Shown here: piece after piece, positions 50,360-62,143 of the stretch
Numbering within the stretch: the first letter of the stretch is position 1
How the letters are laid out: every line of letters begins with the position of its first letter
Assembly (NCBI GenBank): GCA_002269645.1
Contig: NIVC01001532.1
Location: forward strand, 142,384-206,383
Direction: 5' to 3'
Source: Macrostomum lignano
Lineage: Eukaryota
Length of the DNA stretch: 64,000 bases
Notes under the pieces: model-generated
The model's database searches: none
Seen by the model: the letters and a program-made list of their open reading frames with translations, nothing else
What the model was told of the DNA's origin: nothing
Made by a program: the position numbers and the translations under genes

Positions 50360-51122
50360 CCTGTTAGACAGGGTAGTGTTAGACCCCTGTTAGATAGGGT
50401 AGTGTTAGACACCTGTTAGACAGGGTAGTGTTAGACACCTGTTAGACAGGGTAGTGTTAGACACCTGTTAGACAGGGTAGTGTTAGACACCTGTTAGACA
50501 GGGTAGTGTTAGACACCTGTTAGACAGGGTAGTGTTAGACACCTGTTAGACAGGGTAGTGTTAGACACCTGTTAGACAGGGTAGTGTTAGACACCTGTTG
50601 CTGTTAGACAGTGTCACACACCTGTTAGACAGGACAGTGTCACACACCTGTTAGACAGGACAGTGTCACACACCTGTTAGACAGGACAGTGTCACACACC
50701 TGTTAGACAGGACAGTGTCACACACCTGTTAGACAGGACAGTGTCACACACCTGTTAGACAGGACAGTGTCTCACACCTGTTAGACAGGACAGTGTCACA
50801 CACCTGTTAGACAGGACAGTGTCACACACCTGTTAGACAGGACAGTGTCTCACACCTGTTAGACAGGACAGTGTCACACACCTGTTAGACAGGACAGTGT
50901 CTCACACCTGTTAGACAGGACAGTGTCACACACCTGTTAGACAGGACAGTGTCACACACCTGTTAGACAGGACAGTGTCACACACCTGTTAGACAGGACA
51001 GTGTCACACACCTGTTAGACAGGACAGTGTCACACACCTGTTAGACAGGACAGTGTCACACACCTGTTAGACAGGACAGTGTCACACACCTGTTAGACAG
51101 GACAGTGTCACACACCTGTTAG
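50360..51122. repeat. 26-bp minisatellite in two variant sub-arrays with an internal palindrome CCTGT-TAG-ACAGG
   Basis: ACACCTGTTAGACAGGGTAGTGTTAG units to ~50595, then CACACACCTGTTAGACAGGACAGTGT units. Confidence 0.92.
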
Positions 51123-51534
51123 GTACGAGTACATAACACAACTCCATGTCGCCACTCAGACCCAATACTGTTGCAACCCAGTCAAGAAATCTTCCTTGTG
51201 ACATTGCGGCAATCGGCAATAAAAATGGCAGTAGTGAAAAATCTTTATTTTACCTGGCAACCTGCAGAGCTCAGTGGCCCCGCCCCCAGTCGCCAGCCAA
51301 CTCAAATACGACGGCGAATATCTGCGAAATGAAAAGCAAATTTCTGCCAGCATAAAAAAGCCCCGAGAGAAAAGTCAAGAAAGCAAACCGCTCTAAAAAA
51401 GAAAATGACTGTGTTTGTCCCATGGAGGGGGGAGGAGCTGGTTGAGTCAAGGAGGCCTCAGAAAATATTTTGGATTGACAACTCTTTCCCACAGTCTCGT
51501 CAGACTGTTGTGAGGCACATGTGGCATGCGCACC

Positions 51535-51570
<36 letters not shown>

Positions 51571-51607
51571 CAGACAGACAGACACACAGACAGACAGACA
51601 GACAGAC

Positions 51608-51638
<31 letters not shown>

Positions 51639-51653
51639 CAGACAGACAGACAC

Positions 51654-51684
<31 letters not shown>

Positions 51685-51811
51685 CAGACAGACAGACACA
51701 CAGACAGACAGACAGACAGACAGACACACAGACACAGACACACAGACACACAGACACACAGACACACAGACACACAGACAGACAGACAGACAGACACTAA
51801 GACAGACACTA

Positions 51812-51851
<40 letters not shown>

Positions 51852-51852
51852 C

Positions 51853-51928
<76 letters not shown>

Positions 51929-51979
51929 CTAAGACAGACAGACAGACACAGACACACAGACACACAGACACACAGACAC

Positions 51980-52014
<35 letters not shown>

Positions 52015-52017
52015 CTA

Positions 52018-52090
<73 letters not shown>

Positions 52091-52261
52091 CTAAGACAGA
52101 CAGACAGACAGACAGACACTAAGACAGACAGACAGACACTAAGACAGGCAGACAGACAGACAGACACTAAGACAGACAGACAGACAGACAGACAGACACT
52201 AAGACAGGCAGACAGACAGACAGACAGACAGGCAGACAGACAGACAGACACTAAGACAGGC

Positions 52262-52341
<80 letters not shown>

Positions 52342-52400
52342 GGACAAACGGACAGACAGACAGACAGACAGATGGACAAACGGACAGACAGACAGACACT
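51535..52400. repeat. (GACA)n array
   Basis: Directly visible. Confidence 0.95.
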
Positions 52401-52629
52401 AAGAAGGGTTCGTAAATGAAAGTTGGCAATCCAGATAATAAACGGAGGGCTCCTTGGCCTTGCCTTACGTTCCAGTGACCCCATGCTGTGACTCCCTCAG
52501 CCTAGAGATAAAATTTCTTCACCTCCAGTCAGAATCGACCCGCATTCGATAGCAAATGGAAAACTTCTGACTTGTGTAGACAGAGAGGTCAGGGACACCT
52601 TAAGATAGACATCTGGGCTTGAACAACGC

Positions 52630-53340
52630 CCTACTCAAAACCAAACAGAACCCTAGTCAAAACCAAACAGAACCCTAGTCAAAACCAAACAGAACCCTAC
52701 TCAAAACCAAACGGCTCCCTACTCAAAACCAAACGGCACCCTACTCAAAATCAAACAACGCCCTACTCAAAACCAAACGGCACTCTACTCAAAATCAAAG
52801 AACGCCCTACTCATAACCAAACGGCACCCTACTCAAAATCAAACAACGCCCTACTCAAAACCAAACGGCACCCTACTCAAAATCAAACAACGCCCTACTC
52901 AAAATCAAACGGCGCCCTACTCAAAACCAAACGGCACCCTACTCAAAATCAAACCGCACCCTACTCAAAATCAAACCGCACCCTACTCAAAACCAAACGG
53001 CACCCTACTCAAAATCAAACGGCACCCTACTCAAAATCAAACGGCACCCTACTCAAAACCAAACGGCACCCTACTCAAAATCAAACGGCACCCTACTCAA
53101 AATCAAACGGCACCCTACTCAAAACCAAACGGCATTCTACTCAAAACCAAACGGCACCCTACTCAAAATCAAACCGCACCCTACTCAAAATCAAACCGCA
53201 CCCTACTCAAAACCAAACGGCACCCTACTCACAACCAAACGGCTCCCTACTCAAAACCAAACGGCACCCTACTCACAACCAAACGGCTCCCTACTCAAAA
53301 TCAAACCGCACCCTACTAAAACCCAAACGGTACCCTACTT
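52630..53340. repeat. 22-bp minisatellite (CCCTACTCAAAACCAAACGGCA)
   Basis: CCCTAC recurs at 52695 and 52717. Confidence 0.92.
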
Positions 53341-53648
53341 AAACGAGCTGTATTGCTCCAATCAGCAGAGCTTAGTTGTCATTCCGAGTCCTCTGTCTGC
53401 AGCACTCCCCGGTCTGAAAGACGGACAGGCAGACATTATATCTGTGCTCATTGGCGCGCTCCCCACAAGATTTCAGGTTTGTTTGCCCAATGAACAGATG
53501 CATCGGCTGGGTGTCGCAGTTAGTCAGAAGTCTTTTTAGGGCATGCAGTAAGAAGGTTCAGTGCCGGAACGGAAACTCGCAGGATTTTAAACGCCTAGAA
53601 TTATATACCAGACTGCTTGTATTGCGCTCCTAGGAGTTTTTACCCAGC

Positions 53649-53761
53649 ATGGAGTTGCGTCACAGTTGGCGGCTGTGTGTGATCGTGGCTGTGTGTGCAT
53701 CAGCGACCTTCGCTGCATCTGCCGCTGCACCCAGCGAAGATCTGAAAAATATAACTAACAG
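53649..53761 (+). CDS. Cys-loop chloride channel 2 (GlyR/GluCl-like), exon 1, signal peptide
   Basis: ATG at 53649, MELRHSWRLCVIVAVCASATFAASAAAPSEDLKNITN, AG|GTGAGT donor in phase 2. Confidence 0.75.
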
Positions 53762-53839
53762 GTGAGTGACACTGCAGTGTGGTGCCATTGTGTGATTAGG
53801 TGATAAAAAATAGTTGGTCGTGTAGTGTGGTTTTCGAAG

Positions 53840-54615
53840 ACAGACAGACACTGAGACAGACACTGAGACAGACACTGAGACAGATCCTGATACAGACACT
53901 GAGAGAGACACTGAGACAGACACTGAGAGAGACACTGAGACAGACACTGAGACAGACACTGAGACAGATCCTGATACAGACACTGAGAGAGACACTGAGA
54001 CAGACACTGAGACAGACACTGAGACAGGCACTGAGACAGACACTGAGACACACACTAAGACAGACACTGAGACGGATCCTGATACAGACACTGAGACAGA
54101 CACTAAAACGGACACTGAGACGGACACTGAGACGGACACTGAGACAGACACTAAAACGGACACTGAGACAGACACTGAGACAGACACTGAGACAGACACT
54201 AAAACGGACACTGAGACAGACACTGAGACAGACACTAAAACGGACACTGAGACAGACACTGAGACAGACACTAAAACGGACACTGAGACAGACACTGAGA
54301 CAGACACTAAAACGGACACTGAGACAGACACTGAGACAGACACTAAAACGGACACTGAGACAGACACTGAGACAGACACTAAAACGGACACTGAGACAGA
54401 CACTGAGACAGACACTAAAACGGACACTAAGACAGACACTGAGACAGACACTGAGACAGACACTAAAACGGACACTAAGACAGACACTGAGACAGACACT
54501 GAGACAGACACTAAAACGGACACTAAGACAGACACTGAGACAGACACTAAAACAGACACTGAGACAGACACTAAAACGGACACTGAGACAGACACTAAAA
54601 CGGACACTAAGACAG
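53840..54615. repeat. ~12-bp intronic satellite (GACAGACACTGA / AAACGGACACT); continues at 55430-56600
   Basis: The same array lies on both sides of the Penelope fragment. Confidence 0.92.
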
Positions 54616-55420
54616 ACACTGTTTGAGCAAAGTCAGGAAAACGAAAGCAAAAGCGAACATTCGCATTTTATCTTTAATAGTACGAAATTACAATTAATTA
54701 ATCAATCTTCGCGCGACATGTTTCGCCGAACAATCGGCATCTTCAGACAAGGCAAGATTCAGAGAGATGGTAAATTTTTTAGTCTAGTAGGCCAAAATGA
54801 TTATATGGATAGCAAAGTTAGGTGGCCCTAAATAAGAGAGGCAAGCGCATGGGGTCAGAACACCCTTAGATGGACACTCGCCCCTCTACCACCAAGTTGG
54901 ATGTTCATGGTGGGCTTTAGCTGTTTAATGTACAACGCCTCAAGAGTAGACAACTTCATACTCTGGGCGGTTACGATGGATAATTTCAAATTTCTCAGCA
55001 TTTCTAACTTTAGCACATTGATTGCACATCAGGAGGTGGTCGTAAACAGCGCTAGCTCTTGTACAATGCTCCTTAACCCTTGTGTGTAGGTGCCTTTCGG
55101 TTTTACCTATGTAAAACCGGCGTTGGTCAGCAACGCACGAGAATTTGTAGATAACTCCCGCACACAAGGTTTTCGGTACACTGCGCACTTGAGTCTTTGT
55201 ACGTATTGCGACACCTTCGTAGTATAGAACACAGGGAAGACCTTAGTGTTCAGGTGGTTATGACAGATGGCCGTTATTTTACGGCAGAACCTAAGGCTAG
55301 GCAGCCCGATGTATGGCACTTGAATGATATTGGAACGGGATCTCTGTCGTTCTTAACATCACCATGGATGTTGACACCATGGCTTTTGCTTTCGTTTTCC
55401 TGACTTTCGCCAAACGGTGT
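54616..55420 (-). mobile_element. 5'-truncated Penelope-like element (RT linker + GIY-YIG endonuclease, two frameshifts) with inverted termini
   Basis: VPYIG...KVFPVFYTTKVSQY, then VPKTLCAGVIYKFSC...FYIGKTERHLHTRVKEH...SAVYDHL, then LEALYIKQLKPTMNIQ...LRVF with the stop at 54855. Frameshifts near 55180 and 54955. A hammerhead lies ~100 bp after the stop. Confidence 0.9.
54704..54759 (-). ncRNA. Minimal hammerhead ribozyme of the Penelope-like element
   Basis: Minus strand: AATCTTGCCTTGT-CTGAAGA-T-GCCGA-TTGT-TCGGC-GAAAC-AT-GTC-GCGCGAAGATT. Core intact, 5-bp stem II, palindromic ACATGT stem III, GUC cleavage between 54715 and 54714. Stem I is imperfect (wobbles and a bulge, then 6 bp). Confidence 0.85.
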
Positions 55421-56672
55421 ACCTTACCTGGACAGACACTGAGACGGATCTTGAGACACACTGAGACAGACACTAAAACAGACACTAAGACGGACTAAGA
55501 CGGACACTAAGACAGTCCCAGCAACTAAAACGGACACCGACAGACACTGAGACAGACACTAAAACGGACACTAAGACGGACACTAAAACGGACACCGACA
55601 GACACTGAGACAGACACTAAAACGGACACTAAGACGGACACTAAAATAGACACCGACAGACACTGAGACAGACACTAAAACGGACACTAAAACGGACACT
55701 AAAACGGACACCGACAGACACTGAGACAGACACTAAGACGGACACTAAAACGGACACTAAAACGGACACCGACAGACACTGAGACAGACACTAAAACGGA
55801 CACTAAGACGGACACTAAAACGGACACCGACAGACACTGAGACAGACACTAAGACGGACACTAAAACGGACACCGACAGACACTGAGACAGACACTAAGA
55901 CGGACACTAAAACGGACACCGACAGACACTGAGACAGACACTAAAACAGACACTAAAACGGACACCGACAGACACTGAGACAGACACTAAAACGGACACT
56001 AAAACGGACACCGACAGACACTGAGACAGACACTAAAACGGACACCGACAGACACTGAGACAGACACTAAAACGGACACCGACAGACACTGAGACAGACA
56101 GTAAAACGGACACTAAAACGGACACTAAGACGGACACTAAAACGGACACTAAGACGGACACCGACAGACACTGAGACAGACACTAAAACGGACACTAAAA
56201 CGGACACCGACAGACACTGAGACAGACACTAAAACGGACACTAAGACGGACACCGACAGACACTGAGACAGACACTAAAACGGACACCGACAGACACTGA
56301 GACAGACACTAAAACGGACACCGACAGACACTGAGACAGACACTAAAACAGAAACTAAAACGGACACTAAAACGGACACCGACAGACACTAAAACGGACA
56401 CTAAAACGGACACCGACAGACACTGAGACAGACACTAAAACGGACACCGACAGACACTGAGACAGACACTAAAACGGACACTAAAACGGACACCGACAGA
56501 CACTGAGACAGACACTAAAACGGACACTAAAACGGACACCGACAGACACTAAGACGGACACTAAAACGGACACCGACAGACACTGAGACAGACACTAACA
56601 AAAGCTAACAGGCAGTTAGTCAACACAATCCCAATGTCTAACTCAATTCCTCCCTGCTCTGCACAATTTCAG

Positions 56673-56693
56673 CGAGATAATTGACTATTTAAC
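56673..56693 (+). CDS. Putative 21-nt microexon of channel 2 (S-EIIDYL-T)
   Basis: aatttcAG acceptor and AC|GTAAGT donor, phase 2 to phase 2, frame-preserving. Confidence 0.45.
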
Positions 56694-56793
56694 GTAAGTG
56701 AAATCTCTAACAATTTTTTTAACAAATGAATACTCTGAAAAACAGAACCAGTTTTTGACCCATCAAACCCGCGCCCCCGCTCGTCAATGTCAG

Positions 56794-56852
56794 GAAATCT
56801 GTGGTTGACAACTTGCTGACTGGTTACACCCGGCAGAACAGTCCGAATGGAG
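56794..56852 (+). CDS. Channel 2 exon (KSVVDNLLTGYTRQNSPNG)
   Basis: gtcAG acceptor, G|GTGAGC donor, phase 2 to 1. Matches the N-terminal LD.LL.GY...P motif. Confidence 0.75.
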
Positions 56853-57066
56853 GTGAGCAATATTGCAGCAGTCCAGCAACACGCCACTATACTTCAAATA
56901 TTGATCTTGTCACCAGGCCTGACGAGTCAGAACTCATCAGCCTCTTCCAGTTAGCTTAGTATGCATTTCTGTTTCTTATCGGTTCGAACTCCAAGTAGCC
57001 CTGTCTGTCCGGCTGGCACCAGATTCTATCTCAAACATTTCCCATCGCCCCGCTTCACTGTTACAG

Positions 57067-57134
57067 ACGCTCCTACTGAAGTGTATATCGGGATTTACAT
57101 AATAGGATTCTATTCCATCAGCGAGGCGACAATG
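57067..57134 (+). CDS. Channel 2 exon, 68 nt (DAPTEVYIGIYIIGFYSISEATM)
   Basis: ttacAG acceptor and GTGAGT donor. Aligns with GlyR GPPVNV..IFINSFGSIAETTM. Confidence 0.88.
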
Positions 57135-57453
57135 GTGAGTTATTGATGTCCTGCCCTCTCTTTGCCTGCCTCTGCCTCTGCTTCTAGGGGAGGGGCTGTG
57201 TGCGTGCATTCGGCACAGGTCGTGCCAGCAAAAATCAATTCTGGTTTGAGTTCTTGCCTGGAATTAGATTGGATTGAGCAGCCGGGGGTCCTAGAACTGG
57301 GACCAGCTGGTCAGTGCGGCTAGTTGTCCTTTTTCGAATTAAAATAATGTGGCACATGTCAAAGTCGGGGTCGAAACTTTCAGCGTGTTCTCTGCCTAAT
57401 TAACTGAATTGCTGGACCACATGCTGGGTGAGCATATATAGTGCTCAATATAA

Positions 57454-57610
<157 letters not shown>

Positions 57611-57660
57611 TAGCAGTTATTCGAACGCCAAGCACTTCAATTACTACTATTCCTTCGCAG

Positions 57661-57803
57661 GACTACGCGCTCACAGTGTACCTCCGTCTCCAATGGACAG
57701 ATCCGCGGCTAAAATTCAACGCCTCCCAAGCTGGCGGTAGAAGTAAAATAAAACTTGGCGAGAAAATCTGGGAGAGAATCTGGGTCCCAGATGTGTTTCT
57801 CAG
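57661..57803 (+). CDS. Channel 2 exon (DYALTVYLRLQWTDPRL...IWVPDVFL)
   Basis: ttcgcAG acceptor and AG|GT donor. Loop D YLR and loop A WVPD. Confidence 0.92.
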
Positions 57804-57834
57804 GTGATTGGATTAAGGGTAGCTGCTTGGAATG

Positions 57835-58665
57835 TATACTGGGGAGAGAGTTTGGCTGGCTGCTTGGATGTCACTGGGGGGAGAGTTTGGCTGGGGTGCT
57901 TGGATGTTCACTGGGGGGAGAGTTTGGCTGGGGTGCTTGGATGTTCACTGGGGGAGAGTTTGGCTGGGGTGCTTGGATGTTCACTGGGGGGGAGAGTTTG
58001 GCTGGGGTGCTTGGATGTTCACTGGGGGGAGAGTTTGGCTGGGGTGCTTGGATGTTCACTGGGGGGAGAGTTTGGCTGGGGTGCTTGGATGTTCACTGGG
58101 GGAGAGTTTGGCTGGGGTGCTTGGATGTTCACTGGGGGGAGAGTTTGGCTGGGGTGCTTGGATGTACACTTGGGGGAAATAGTTTGGCTGGGTTGCTTGG
58201 ATGTTCACTGGGGGAGAGTTTGGCTGGGGTGCTTGGATGTTCACTGGGGGAGAGTTTGGCTGGGGTGCTTGGATGTTCACTGGGGGGAGAGTTTGGCTGG
58301 GGTGCTTGGATGTTCACTGGGGGAAATAGTTTGGCTGGGTTGCTTGGATGTTCACTGGGGGAGAGTTTGGCTGGGGTGCTTGGATGTTCACTGGGGGGGG
58401 AGTTTGGCTGGGGTGCTTGGATGTTCACTGGGGGGGGAGAGTTTGGCTGGGGTGCTTGGATGTTCTGGGGGGAGAGTTTGGCTGGGGTGCTTGGATGTTC
58501 TGGGGGGAGAGTTTGGCTGGGGTGCTTGGATGTACACTTGGGGGAAAGAGTTTGGCTGGGTTGCTTGGATGTCACTGGGGGAGAGTTTGGCTGGGGTGCT
58601 TGGATGTTCACTGGGGGGAGGGTTTGGCTGGGGTGCTTGGATGTACACTGGGGGGAGAGTTTGGC
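57835..58665. repeat. ~37-bp G-rich intronic minisatellite (GGGGAGAGTTTGGCTGGGGTGCTTGGATGTTCACT)
   Basis: GGATGTTCAC recurs at 57902 and 57939. G-run length varies. Confidence 0.92.
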
Positions 58666-58760
58666 CGAGTGTCTACAAAATTAAATTGACAAAGCTGGCT
58701 GTGTAGCACAAGACTAACCAAAGCTATTTTCTTCAAACAATAACAAAAAATGCCATCTAG

Positions 58761-58850
58761 AAACGAGAAGAAGGCGGACTTCCATTCGGCCACAATACCG
58801 AATAGGCTGATGAATTTGGAGAGCGACGGTCAGATTTGGTATGTAATCAA
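58761..58850 (+). CDS. Channel 2 exon (RNEKKADFHSATIPNRLMNLESDGQIWYVIK)
   Basis: tctAG acceptor, AA|GTGAGT donor, NEK..FH...PN motif. Confidence 0.92.
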
Positions 58851-58961
58851 GTGAGTTCAATTCGCTATCCGCTTCTTGTGCCTACTAAAAGTAGCAAGAA
58901 TACATATTGTAATGATTTTAAACGACGTATGATTAAACTAAAATCTATTTGTTTTAACCAG

Positions 58962-59044
58962 GCTGTCAATGACTCTAGCCTGCGACATGGATCTGAAGAA
59001 ATATCCATTGGACACGCAGCATTGCCCGATGATGTTTGAAAGTT
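58962..59044 (+). CDS. Channel 2 Cys-loop exon, 83 nt (LSMTLACDMDLKKYPLDTQHCPMMFES)
   Basis: C-x13-C loop, ccAG acceptor and GTAAGG donor. Confidence 0.95.
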
Positions 59045-59099
59045 GTAAGGAAATTTTCTCTAAAAGTTTATTACCAAATCTACAAGTAGGTATCTCAGT

Positions 59100-59378
59100 A
59101 ACCCAATTCAGGTACCTCAATACCCAATCCGGGTACCTCAATACCCAATCCAGGTATCCCAATACCCAATCCAGGTACCTCAATACCGTATCCAGGTATC
59201 CCAATACCCAATCCAGGTACCTCAATACCCAATCCAGGTATCCCAATACCCAATCCAGGTATCTCAATACCCAATCCAGGTATCCCAATACCCAATCCAG
59301 GTATCTCAATAACCAATCCAGGTATCCAAATACCCAATCCCGGTATCTCAATACCCAACCCAGGTACCTCAATACCCG
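59100..59378. repeat. 21-bp intronic minisatellite (AATACCCAATCCAGGTATCTC)
   Basis: Directly visible, abutting the acceptor. Confidence 0.9.
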
Positions 59379-59386
59379 ATTTCCAG

Positions 59387-59592
59387 TCGGTCACACCATG
59401 GAGACGGTGATCTTCAAGTGGCTGCAGCCGCCCAAGGAGCCGGTGGAGTGGCCCCAGGATCTCATGATGCCGCAGTTCAAAATCCAGGGCATCCACAGAA
59501 AGAGCTGCGGCCAGAACTACACCACCGGGGCCTACCCCTGCCTGCAGATCACCTTCGAGTTGAAAAGGGAGTTTGGATACTTTTTCATTCAG
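59387..59592 (+). CDS. Channel 2 exon (FGHTMETVIFKW...CGQNYTTGAYPC...LKREFGYFFIQ)
   Basis: Loop C C-x10-C pair as in GlyR/GluCl. ttccAG acceptor and CAG|GT donor. Confidence 0.95.
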
Positions 59593-59699
59593 GTGCGTTG
59601 TTTATCTATGATGTGGCAGAGTAGATAAGTGATTAGGTAAGTAATAGAGTAGGTGGCATAGAGTAGTAGCTTCCTTACATGTACTTGGTTACAAGCTAT

Positions 59700-60185
59700 T
59701 CAGTAGAGTGTAGATTGGAATGGAAGGTCAGGTAGAGTAGATTAGGTAGTTGGATAGACCTAGTTTGTAGATTTAGTAGTGTAGGCACACAATTTGAAAA
59801 ATTAGATTGCAGAATGGGTAGAGTAGAGTGTAGCTTGAGTAAAGTAGAGTTCAGATTGTGTAAAGTAGAGTGTAGCTTGGGTAGAGTAGATTGTATATTG
59901 GGTAGAGTAGAGTGTAGCTTGGGTAAAGTAGAGTTCAGATTGTGTAAAGTAGAGTGTAGCTTGGGTAGAGTAGATTGTAGATTGGGTAAAGTAGGGTGTA
60001 GAGTTGGTAGTGTAGATTGAGTAGAGTCAGGTGTAGATTGGGTAGAGTCAGGTGTAGATTGGGTAGAGTCAGGTGTAGATTGGGTAGAGTCAGGTGTAGA
60101 TTGGGTAGAGTCAGGTGTAGATTGGGTAGAGTCAGGTTTAGATTGGGTAGAGTCAGGTGTAGATTGGATAAAAGAGAGAGTAGAG
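59700..60185. repeat. GTAGA-rich intronic repeats ending in a 21-bp unit (GTAGATTGGGTAGAGTCAGGT)
   Basis: Directly visible. Confidence 0.85.
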
Positions 60186-60258
60186 TAGGTTGCAAATTGG
60201 GTTGCAGAAGTCACGAACTTCATTCTACTTACTCGGCGATATCATAAACAATTTCCAG

Positions 60259-60358
60259 ATCTACATCCCAACAGTGCTGATTGTAATACTGAGCTGGTTT
60301 GCATTTTGGCTGAATATTGAGGCGGTGCCAGCTCGAGTAAGTCTTGGCCTGCTGACAG
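60259..60358 (+). CDS. Channel 2 M1 and start of M2 ([33 protein letters not shown])
   Basis: PAR anion-selectivity motif, canonical splice sites. Confidence 0.95.
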
Positions 60359-60559
60359 GTGCGACTTGGAATTAAATGGGCTTTTGTAATTAGAATATTA
60401 ATACCTTTTATGAGCGCAGTTAATCAAAGAGAAAGGTAAAGCCGACGCCTTGCCCGACTGTTGCTTCTATTCGACTGCTTAGCTTTCATCCTCAGCTTTG
60501 AACATCTTTGATATTTCCCCACTTTGGGATTCACTTCTTCAAAATTTCCTTTTTTTAAG

Positions 60560-61610
60560 AGTCACCTTTGATTGGGATTTCCCACTTCGGCATAGATTCT
60601 GGATTGGGATTCTCCACTTTAGTATTCACACTTGATTGAGATTTCCTTTTGATTGGGGCTTCACTCGTTTGGGATTTTCCACTTTGGGTGGGATTCACCC
60701 TAGACTGGGATTTCCCACTTTGGGATTCACCCTCAATTGAGATTTCCTTCTTTGGGATTCACCTCGATTGGGATTTCCCACTTTGGGATTCAATTTGGGA
60801 TTCACCTTCGATTGGGATTTCCCACTTTGGGATTTCCTACTTTGGGATTCACCCTCGACTGGGATTTACCAATTTTGGATTCACCCTCGACTGAGATTTC
60901 CCACTTTGCGATTCACCCTCAACTGGGATTTCACACTTTGGGATTCACCCTCGATTGGGATTTCACACTTTGGGATTCAATTTGGGATTCACCCTCGACT
61001 GGGATTTTCTATTTTGGGATTTACCCTCAACTAGGATTTCACACTTTGGGATTCACCCTCGACTGGGATTTCCCACTATGGGATTCACCCTCGACTGGGA
61101 TTTCCCACTTTGGGATTCACCCTCGATTGGGATTTCCCATTTTGGAATTCACCCTCAACTAGGATTTCTCACTTTGGGATTCACCCTAGATTGGGATTTC
61201 CCACTTTGGGATTTCTACTTTGGATTCACCCTCGACTGGGATTTACCAATTTTGGATTCACCCTCGACTGAGATTTCCCACTTTGCGATTCACCCTCAAC
61301 TGGTATTTCACACTTTGGGATTCACCCTCGATTGGGATTTCCCACTTTGGGATTCAATTTGGGATTCACCCTCGACTGAGATTTCCCACTTTGCGATTCA
61401 CCCTCAACTGGGATTTCCACTTTGGGATTCAATTTGGGATTCACCCTCGACTGGGATTTCCAAATTTGGGATTTACCTCAACTAGGATTTCACACTTTGG
61501 GATTCACCCTCGACTGGGATTTCCCACTATGGGATTCACCCTCGACTGGGATTTCCCACTTTGGGATTCACCCTCGACTGGGATTTCCCACTATGGGAGT
61601 CACCCTTGAG
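60560..61610. repeat. 32-bp intronic minisatellite (GGGATTCACCCTCGACTGGGATTTCCCACTTT)
   Basis: GGATTCACCC recurs at 61081 and 61113. Confidence 0.92.
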
Positions 61611-61670
61611 AGGCGTTCCAACTAAGTTATTTGCTTGCACGAATCAACGTCCTATTCACACACCATCCAG

Positions 61671-62048
61671 TGCTGACAATCACAACTCAAGCATCCGGCT
61701 CAAAGTCGTCCCTACCCCGAGTGTCCTACATCAAAGCCGTTGACGTCTGGATGTCCGTCTGCCTCGGCTTCGTCTTTGCTTCGCTGCTGGAATTCGCCAT
61801 TGTCAACGTGTACAGCAGGAGAGACAGCCAACAGCAGCAATCGCCAAGCAAGGCTGCTCCGCCTGCGGAATCGCCGCAGCAGCATCAGCATCAGCGGAGA
61901 CGACTTCGAGGAGGACGTCAGCGAAGGCAGATGCTGCTTCAACTGCAGCGCCGTTGGACCAGACACCGACAACTCTGGCGCTAACGGGGGAGACGGCCGG
62001 AACAGCAGCTGGTGGTTGATGAGGCACGGCAGGGCTTCTATGGGAGCG
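61671..62048 (+). CDS. Channel 2 M2-M3 and intracellular loop exon (apparent frameshift near 61820; 3' donor uncertain, 62048 or 62061)
   Basis: [51 protein letters not shown]. Restoring one AG in the AG run gives [21 protein letters not shown]... with a phase-0 GT at 62049. Confidence 0.75.
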
Positions 62049-62143
62049 GTAGAAGACGAGAGTGAGTGCATAATAACAGATAGTAATTGATTATAACTGA
62101 CCTAATGAGCAGATGGGCTACCGACAGCTCAGCCGCAGCTACT

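Noticed and set aside
49703-51540. Short ORFs in the unique islands at 49.7-50.3 kb and 51.1-51.5 kb
   Set aside because: No recognisable domain or consistent exon chain.
56953-56992. A-box-like TAGCTTAGT and B-box-like GGTTCGAACTCC
   Set aside because: Spacing of ~28 nt is too short for a tRNA and no cloverleaf forms.
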